From NCBI GenBank assembly GCA_030603215.1, contig JAUVYF010000001.1:9257-73256 (forward strand): a stretch of 64,000 nucleotides of DNA. The letters run 5' to 3'. The notes below the pieces were generated by a model. It searched no databases and was not told where the DNA came from. It worked only from the letters and a program-made list of their open reading frames with translations. Source of the DNA: Candidatus Bipolaricaulota bacterium (GTDB lineage: Bacteria > Bipolaricaulota > Bipolaricaulia > UBA7950 > UBA9294). Position numbers and translations under genes: made by a program. Shown in pieces: positions 58,965 through 64,000 of the stretch; positions within the stretch are counted from its first letter, which is position 1; each line of letters starts with the position of its first letter.

Positions 58965-60628
58965 AGAAGGGTGGGTTTCTCGTCTTTATTGGATTGCTTG
59001 CCTTTCTAGGGTTGGTTTTCTATCAGCCACTGTTCTCTGTCTTACGGCGGGGATTGACCGAGGGGGGAAGGTGGAGCCTCTCTCCCTTAGCGACCATACT
59101 GACTGATAGTTATTTCGTTCATATCATCGTCTTTTCTCTTAAGCAAGCCGCTTTCAGTACCTTGCTTAGCTTAGGAATCGGACTCCCTGGCGCGTATCTT
59201 CTTACTCGCTACAGCTTTCCTGGCAAATCAGCGATTCGCTCCTTAACTGTCGTCCCATTTGTTCTGCCCGCCGTTGTTGTTGCCTTGGGGTTTATTCTGT
59301 TTTTCGGAGAAAGCGGTTGGCTGAACCAGTGGCTAATGTCAGTGTTTCATTTGCCAAGTCCACCGCTTCACATTCTGTACTCTCTAACGGGGATCGTCCT
59401 TGCTCATGCGTTTTACAATGCCCCCATTGTGATGCGACTGGTGAACGCTTCCTGGGAAGGAATCGATCCCGAAATTGACGAAGCTGCAGCATCCCTTGGC
59501 GCTGGAGGCCTACGACGTTTTGTCGGGATCACTATTCCACTTCTTACTCCTGCTTTACTGAGCAGTGCTGCCCTTGTGTTCATCTTCAGCTTTCTTTCCT
59601 TTCCCATCGTGCTTGCTTTGGGCGGAGCACGTTATGCTACGATTGAGGTAGGAATCTACACCCTTATTCGCACTTTGCTTGACTACAAATTGGGGTCGGC
59701 GCTGATCCTTGTTGAGACCGCTCTATCGTTAAGCCTTACCTATGTTTACCTAAAGGCAGAGGGGGGGTTTGCCACATTGACTCAGGGCTCACGGAGAGTA
59801 GCGACCTATCCGTTGTTTTCCCGGAAAGCGAGTATGTGTAAGATGGTTATCGCTGCATACATTATTATTGCTGCCGTTTTCTTTCTTGGACCGATTAGCT
59901 CTGTTCTTGTTGATTCTTTGCTGGTTCGCGGGCAGTGGTCCGTGGAGAGCTATCGGCAGATATTTTCACTGGGCTACAACCCCTTCTTGGGAGTCTCTCC
60001 GTTGCGCACGGTATTGAATAGCCTGTTTATCGGTGGAATTTCTACCGCGATTTCTCTGCCGGTGGGCATACTCATCGCAATGTTTGCTGTTCGCAGTCAC
60101 CTGCCCGGCCGTCGGTTGCTGGAAGCTATTCTGATGGCTCCACTAGCTGTTTCATCAGTGGCAATTGGGTTTGCCGTGTTGTATGGTTTGGGCGGAGCCC
60201 CACTACATCTAAGTGGAACGCTGATCGCAATTGCGTTAGCGCATGCTATCCTTACTTACCCATTTGTTGTACGCGTGATTCGGCCTGTTCTCGAAGGACT
60301 TGACCAGTCATTAGTAGAGGCAGCAAGGTCACTTGGTGCCTCACCAACCCGCGCGTTCTTCGAGGTTATACTTCCGCTCATTGGACCGGGAATTCTTGTG
60401 GCAGCAGTGTTTGGTTTTGCTCTTAGCATTGGAGAGATGAGCGCAACTATCATGCTTATGCGGCCCGGGCTTGGCACAATGCCTATTGCTGTATACAGTC
60501 TTCTGTCAGCACGGCAATTTGGGGCAGCGAGCGCCATGGGAATGATTCTTGTGGTAGTCGCTGGCATTGCGTTTGTTGTGATTGATCGATTGGGGAAAAG
60601 AGGTGTCGGATGTCGGACCTTGTGGTGA
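58961..60628 (+). CDS. thiP: thiamine ABC transporter permease (ThiP-like, duplicated MetI-type domains)
   Basis: A 555-aa protein with two BPD_transp_1 modules, each with an EAA-like loop (IDEAAASLGAGGLRRF; VEAARSLGASPTRAFF). The GTG start overlaps the thiB stop. Confidence 0.8.
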   Translation: MKKGGFLVFIGLLAFLGLVFYQPLFSVLRRGLTEGGRWSLSPLATILTDSYFVHIIVFSLKQAAFSTLLSLGIGLPGAYLLTRYSFPGKSAIRSLTVVPFVLPAVVVALGFILFFGESGWLNQWLMSVFHLPSPPLHILYSLTGIVLAHAFYNAPIVMRLVNASWEGIDPEIDEAAASLGAGGLRRFVGITIPLLTPALLSSAALVFIFSFLSFPIVLALGGARYATIEVGIYTLIRTLLDYKLGSALILVETALSLSLTYVYLKAEGGFATLTQGSRRVATYPLFSRKASMCKMVIAAYIIIAAVFFLGPISSVLVDSLLVRGQWSVESYRQIFSLGYNPFLGVSPLRTVLNSLFIGGISTAISLPVGILIAMFAVRSHLPGRRLLEAILMAPLAVSSVAIGFAVLYGLGGAPLHLSGTLIAIALAHAILTYPFVVRVIRPVLEGLDQSLVEAARSLGASPTRAFFEVILPLIGPGILVAAVFGFALSIGEMSATIMLMRPGLGTMPIAVYSLLSARQFGAASAMGMILVVVAGIAFVVIDRLGKRGVGCRTLW

Positions 60629-61689
60629 AGGGTCTCGCCAAGTCATTTGGGGATGTGCGTGCGCTGCGTGAGATAAGCTTTACCCTTGGCCGAGGAGAAT
60701 TTCTTACTTTGCTTGGACCATCTGGTTGTGGGAAGACCACCACCTTGCGTCTTATCGCTGGATTTGAGCGCCCAGATGCAGGGGAGATAACCCTTGATGG
60801 CCGTAGTATCGTAAATGACCCTCCGGAAGATCGACAGCTTGGGTTCGTCTTTCAAACCTATGCTCTGTTTCCTCACATGAACGTAGCCAAGAATATTGCC
60901 TATGGAGCTCGATTAAATCGAAGTATCTCGACAAAGCGTCGTGTAGGAGAACTGCTAGATCTTGTAGATCTCAAGGGATTCGAGCGACGAAAGCCTGCCG
61001 AGCTTTCCTCTGGGCAACGACAGCGAATAGCACTGGCACGCGCACTTGCCCCACAGCCCCGCTTGCTCCTCTTGGACGAACCGCTCTCCGCACTTGATGC
61101 CAAGTTACGGGAGTCGCTACGCGCCCAAATTCGCCATATCCAGCAAGAGTTGGCCTTGTCCACTCTCTACGTTACCCACGATCAAGAAGAGGCACTATCT
61201 CTCGCCGATCGAATCGCGGTAATGCGCTCTGGAAAGATCGAGCAGATTGCGACACCACAGCAGGTATACGAGCATCCCCAAACTGAGTTTGTTGCCTCGT
61301 TTGTAGGCCGAGCAAACCGTTTCTCGGGCACGGTAACGGCGACTAAGGACGGTTTGATATCAGTAAAAGTGGGAGAATTTCTCTTTTCTCTTATCAGAGA
61401 GGAAGGCTTATCAGATGACCTTCGTGCTTCACAACTAACCCCAGGCGATCACGTTTCACTGTTTGTCAAAGAAGAGCGCTTGCAACTAACAGAAATGAGG
61501 GAAAATGCGATATCTGCTCAGGTGGCTTTGGTGGAGTACCGAGGCGAGACGTCCATTGTTTACCTGAAAACCCAGATTGGCTCGCTCCGCGCCCGCGTTA
61601 GCACTAAGCAAACCACAACACTTAGCACCGGGAGTGAGGTCAAAGTGTCTTTTTCTCCTAGCGCTGGGCTGCTTTTCCTAGCTCCTTGA
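60610..61689 (+). CDS. thiQ: ABC transporter ATP-binding protein (ThiQ / PotA-like) with a C-terminal TOBE domain
   Basis: Walker A GPSGCGKTT, Q-loop, signature LSGGQRQRIALARAL and Walker B LLLLDEP are present. A C-terminal ~100-aa TOBE-like extension follows. Confidence 0.85.
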   Translation: MSDLVVKGLAKSFGDVRALREISFTLGRGEFLTLLGPSGCGKTTTLRLIAGFERPDAGEITLDGRSIVNDPPEDRQLGFVFQTYALFPHMNVAKNIAYGARLNRSISTKRRVGELLDLVDLKGFERRKPAELSSGQRQRIALARALAPQPRLLLLDEPLSALDAKLRESLRAQIRHIQQELALSTLYVTHDQEEALSLADRIAVMRSGKIEQIATPQQVYEHPQTEFVASFVGRANRFSGTVTATKDGLISVKVGEFLFSLIREEGLSDDLRASQLTPGDHVSLFVKEERLQLTEMRENAISAQVALVEYRGETSIVYLKTQIGSLRARVSTKQTTTLSTGSEVKVSFSPSAGLLFLAP

Positions 61690-61765
61690 ATCCAGTTGGC
61701 TTAGCTGAATCTGCTACTCTATGTATATCTCTATGCGACTTGAACTCTATTACTGTTTGTCGCTG

Positions 61766-62950
61766 TCATTCTTCCGTCTTAGCAAGTTCTTGGGCATACT
61801 TCACCAGGGATTCTTTATCGAGTTCCTCCGCTAATAGAAACCAGTAAGTTTCGCCTTTCTTCCATGCTAACTCCATGATCTTTCGCTTCATTCCAGTGGG
61901 AAGTTGGTCTTCGACCAATGCGCCGCGATCGAGGAACTGTGCAGTTACCTTGCCCAGCATTAGTTTCTCTCCTTGCTCAGAGAGGAATGCTCGGCGTCGG
62001 TTCATGTTTCGCGACAGATAGTTTCCGACACACAAAGAAAGCATGGCTGGCGCGTGTTCCTTCTGTTCATTCTCCTGCCGCGGCACAAGCGTCAACAAGA
62101 CATGACCACGATCCTTCTGTTCATTGACTGTCAGCACTGCTCTATTGCTGTAGAGATCATACTTTTCATCGCCCTCCAGTGCTTCCAAGGGCAGATCAAA
62201 CGGGAGCATCTCGCCCAACTTGTCCTTTCCGACTACCTGTTCACGAAACACCCGCGTTCCTTTAGGCGGGGTAAATGAGAACCTTTGATTATCAACCTCG
62301 TTTAGTTGTGGGTTGACGTACTCTACGACGACTGGCGTACCCGGCGCTACTAGATAGGCCATAGGGGAACGCTGTGTGGGATAGCAGCTGATTTTCAGTG
62401 GAAAGGATGTTTCCGTGTCGAGTACTAACGTTGCCCTCTTTATCGGAAAGCTCTCTTCTTTCAGTAACAATGAGCGATGACTCACCTTTGGTTTTAGTCC
62501 CACACGATGTGCGTCACGGCCGGCAATAGCCTCAGCCTCTTCATATCGTAGCAGGAAATCACTGGTCAGCCCACGCAAGAAACCTATTTCTCCCAGGCTG
62601 CTTGATCCGCGAAGTGGCGAGTACAACTTTTTTCCAGGCTTGTATAGGGCTACGTTATTACCGGCATCATAGATCCACGTGCCATGTCCGTCGTATATGA
62701 GCTGCATCCCAACAAGCTCATTACCGATAAACTCCACTCCACCTGCCAGTTTCTCTTCAAATTCAGATAGTGGATCCTGATAGGTGCGATACTCTACCGT
62801 CATCTTGCCTGGCTTCTTGTACCGGATATGTGCCTCTGCGCTGATCTTTCCAGCATTGATCTTTTGTGTAACCTCGAAGCTGTCAAGCTCTTCATAGGCT
62901 GACATTGCAGCCCGAGCAAGCTCTACTGCTGATTTACTCATTTCCTTCAC
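61766..62950 (-). CDS. hypothetical protein, possibly a LolA-like/DUF4367-like periplasmic or extracytoplasmic fold
   Basis: A 394-aa protein whose N-terminal region (ISAEAHIRYKKPGKMTVEY) resembles LolA-like proteins. The assignment is weak. Confidence 0.4.
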   Translation of the reverse strand: MKEMSKSAVELARAAMSAYEELDSFEVTQKINAGKISAEAHIRYKKPGKMTVEYRTYQDPLSEFEEKLAGGVEFIGNELVGMQLIYDGHGTWIYDAGNNVALYKPGKKLYSPLRGSSSLGEIGFLRGLTSDFLLRYEEAEAIAGRDAHRVGLKPKVSHRSLLLKEESFPIKRATLVLDTETSFPLKISCYPTQRSPMAYLVAPGTPVVVEYVNPQLNEVDNQRFSFTPPKGTRVFREQVVGKDKLGEMLPFDLPLEALEGDEKYDLYSNRAVLTVNEQKDRGHVLLTLVPRQENEQKEHAPAMLSLCVGNYLSRNMNRRRAFLSEQGEKLMLGKVTAQFLDRGALVEDQLPTGMKRKIMELAWKKGETYWFLLAEELDKESLVKYAQELAKTEE

Positions 62951-63071
62951 CTCACTACAAGGATCATCTCACTATATTCATGAAGTATACGAAAGAGAGT
63001 ACCTACGTTCACGAAGAAGTAGTCCGCGAACCGCCCCTACTTCGTCTCACTCTCACCCCTGGTCAAGGAGC

Positions 63072-63485
63072 TCAAGTAACAGATTGTTTACCTATGCCAC
63101 AGCCCGATTTATCTGCAATCCCGCGTTCGAAACGCTTAGCATCGATGATGAATCGTTCGTGTTTGGCTCTGCATATGCGTTCCACTTCATCCCACGCCTC
63201 GACATGAAATCGCAGCAGTTTGTCATCAATCTCAACCAACTTTGCCCTCACGTTTACTTGCATTCCCACTGGTGTTGCTGCCAGATGATGGAGGTCAATG
63301 TGGGTGCCAACTGTCTTCTGGCCGGTAGAAAGGAGCGGCTCAACCATAAGTCTTGCACACTCCTCGCAGAACCCGACAAGAACCGGAGTTGCCAACACTT
63401 CAACGAGACCGCTCCCCAAGGCGCTGGCTAGATGCTCAGCCTTTACCACCCATTTCATTTCTTTTCTCAACCCGACCTTCAGCAT
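63072..63485 (-). CDS. hotdog-fold thioesterase-superfamily protein
   Basis: A 137-aa protein. ...GSGLVEVLATPVLVGFCEECARLMVEP...VGTHIDLHHLAATPVGMQVNVRAKLVEIDDKLLRFHVEA... matches the 4HBT/FlK-like pattern. Confidence 0.6.
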   Translation of the reverse strand: MLKVGLRKEMKWVVKAEHLASALGSGLVEVLATPVLVGFCEECARLMVEPLLSTGQKTVGTHIDLHHLAATPVGMQVNVRAKLVEIDDKLLRFHVEAWDEVERICRAKHERFIIDAKRFERGIADKSGCGIGKQSVT

Positions 63486-63564
63486 TAATGCTCCATACTA
63501 CTGGGGAGGGGCAACTTTTCATATGGATACTGCCCGAAAAGTAGCCTGTCCCCTTTTTTCATGG

Positions 63565-63969
63565 TTATGCTTCCTCATGTTGTCTCGTGATTTTGGGCAC
63601 GGGCAGTACCGTGTAGCGGTGGCTGGTGATGAGAAGAAGTCGCTCGATGTCGCTTCGGCGAATCGCCAGCGTACTGGTGTTCACCAATGGATGACATCGT
63701 AGAACTCTTGCCTTCCAGAGGTCCGCATCCAGAATCACCTCGACGGCGCTTTCGATGTCATTAACGATGGCCAACAGGCTGACCGCGCCAGGCTCAATGC
63801 CGAGATACTTCTTGAGACGCTCTGATGACGCGAAGCTAAGATTCGAGACCCCAAGTGCACGAGAGAGAGATTTCAGATCAACTAACGTATCGTATCTCAC
63901 CACTACAAGGAAATGGCGACGCCCTTTTTTGTCTCTAACAAGCAAGTTCTTGGTGTCGGTGCCAGGCAT
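63565..63969 (-). CDS. YbaK/ProX-family aminoacyl-tRNA deacylase; the N-terminus may lie beyond the window edge
   Basis: ...RHFLVVVRYDTLVDLKSLSRALGVSNLSFASSERLKKYLGIEPGAVSLLAIVND... matches YbaK/EbsC. At 134 aa it is shorter than the typical ~155 aa. Confidence 0.65.
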   Translation of the reverse strand: MPGTDTKNLLVRDKKGRRHFLVVVRYDTLVDLKSLSRALGVSNLSFASSERLKKYLGIEPGAVSLLAIVNDIESAVEVILDADLWKARVLRCHPLVNTSTLAIRRSDIERLLLITSHRYTVLPVPKITRQHEEA

Positions 63970-64000
63970 TGGAGGAACAAGCTGTTCGGCCTCTTCACAA

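Overview
This is a 64 kb chromosomal window from a moderately high-GC bacterium. Gene content points to a high-GC Firmicutes-like monoderm: a Bacillus-type PRT-domain PurR, an LCP family protein, and the rsfS/MiaB-PhoH neighbourhood. The lineage call is tentative. Most of the window is core genome, read in order from the start: (1) a DtxR-regulated metal-uptake locus that runs off the left edge; (2) a 6.5 kb accessory segment bounded by 107-bp direct repeats and ending at tRNA-Asn, carrying a truncated mscS, an XRE regulator, a sugar ABC importer and an IS481-family transposase; (3) a long minus-strand catabolic cluster with a DUF917 gene, a peptide ABC importer with no ATPase genes, four tandem Asp/Glu/hydantoin-racemase/AroM paralogs and an M29-like enzyme; (4) an AMMECR1 gene, ogt, and a 23S-5S rRNA pair with no adjacent 16S gene; (5) rsfS, an LCP gene, a MiaB-family methylthiotransferase, phoH, an ftsZ located outside any dcw cluster, rpmF, dtd, an RNase H gene and tRNA-Met; (6) a four-gene islet next to tRNA-Met, the best candidate here for an undescribed system, encoding a glycine-rich secreted peptide, a small membrane protein, a standalone C39-family cysteine peptidase with an intact catalytic triad, and a beta-rich membrane protein; (7) a hydroxyproline/proline catabolic operon of a proline-racemase-family enzyme plus an HcnABC-like D-(hydroxy)proline dehydrogenase with fused subunits; (8) a large purine biosynthesis operon with unusual features: two tandem archaeal-type purP genes and no purH, a formyltransferase-like::PurC fusion, and a canonical purE followed by a degenerate purE paralog with no purK, all downstream of purR; (9) a transposase fragment scar; (10) an M42 peptidase gene and a thiL-thiBPQ operon preceded by a TPP riboswitch; and (11) genes for a LolA-like hypothetical protein, a hotdog thioesterase and a YbaK-like deacylase at the right edge. 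No CRISPR array, integrase or prophage structural genes were seen.
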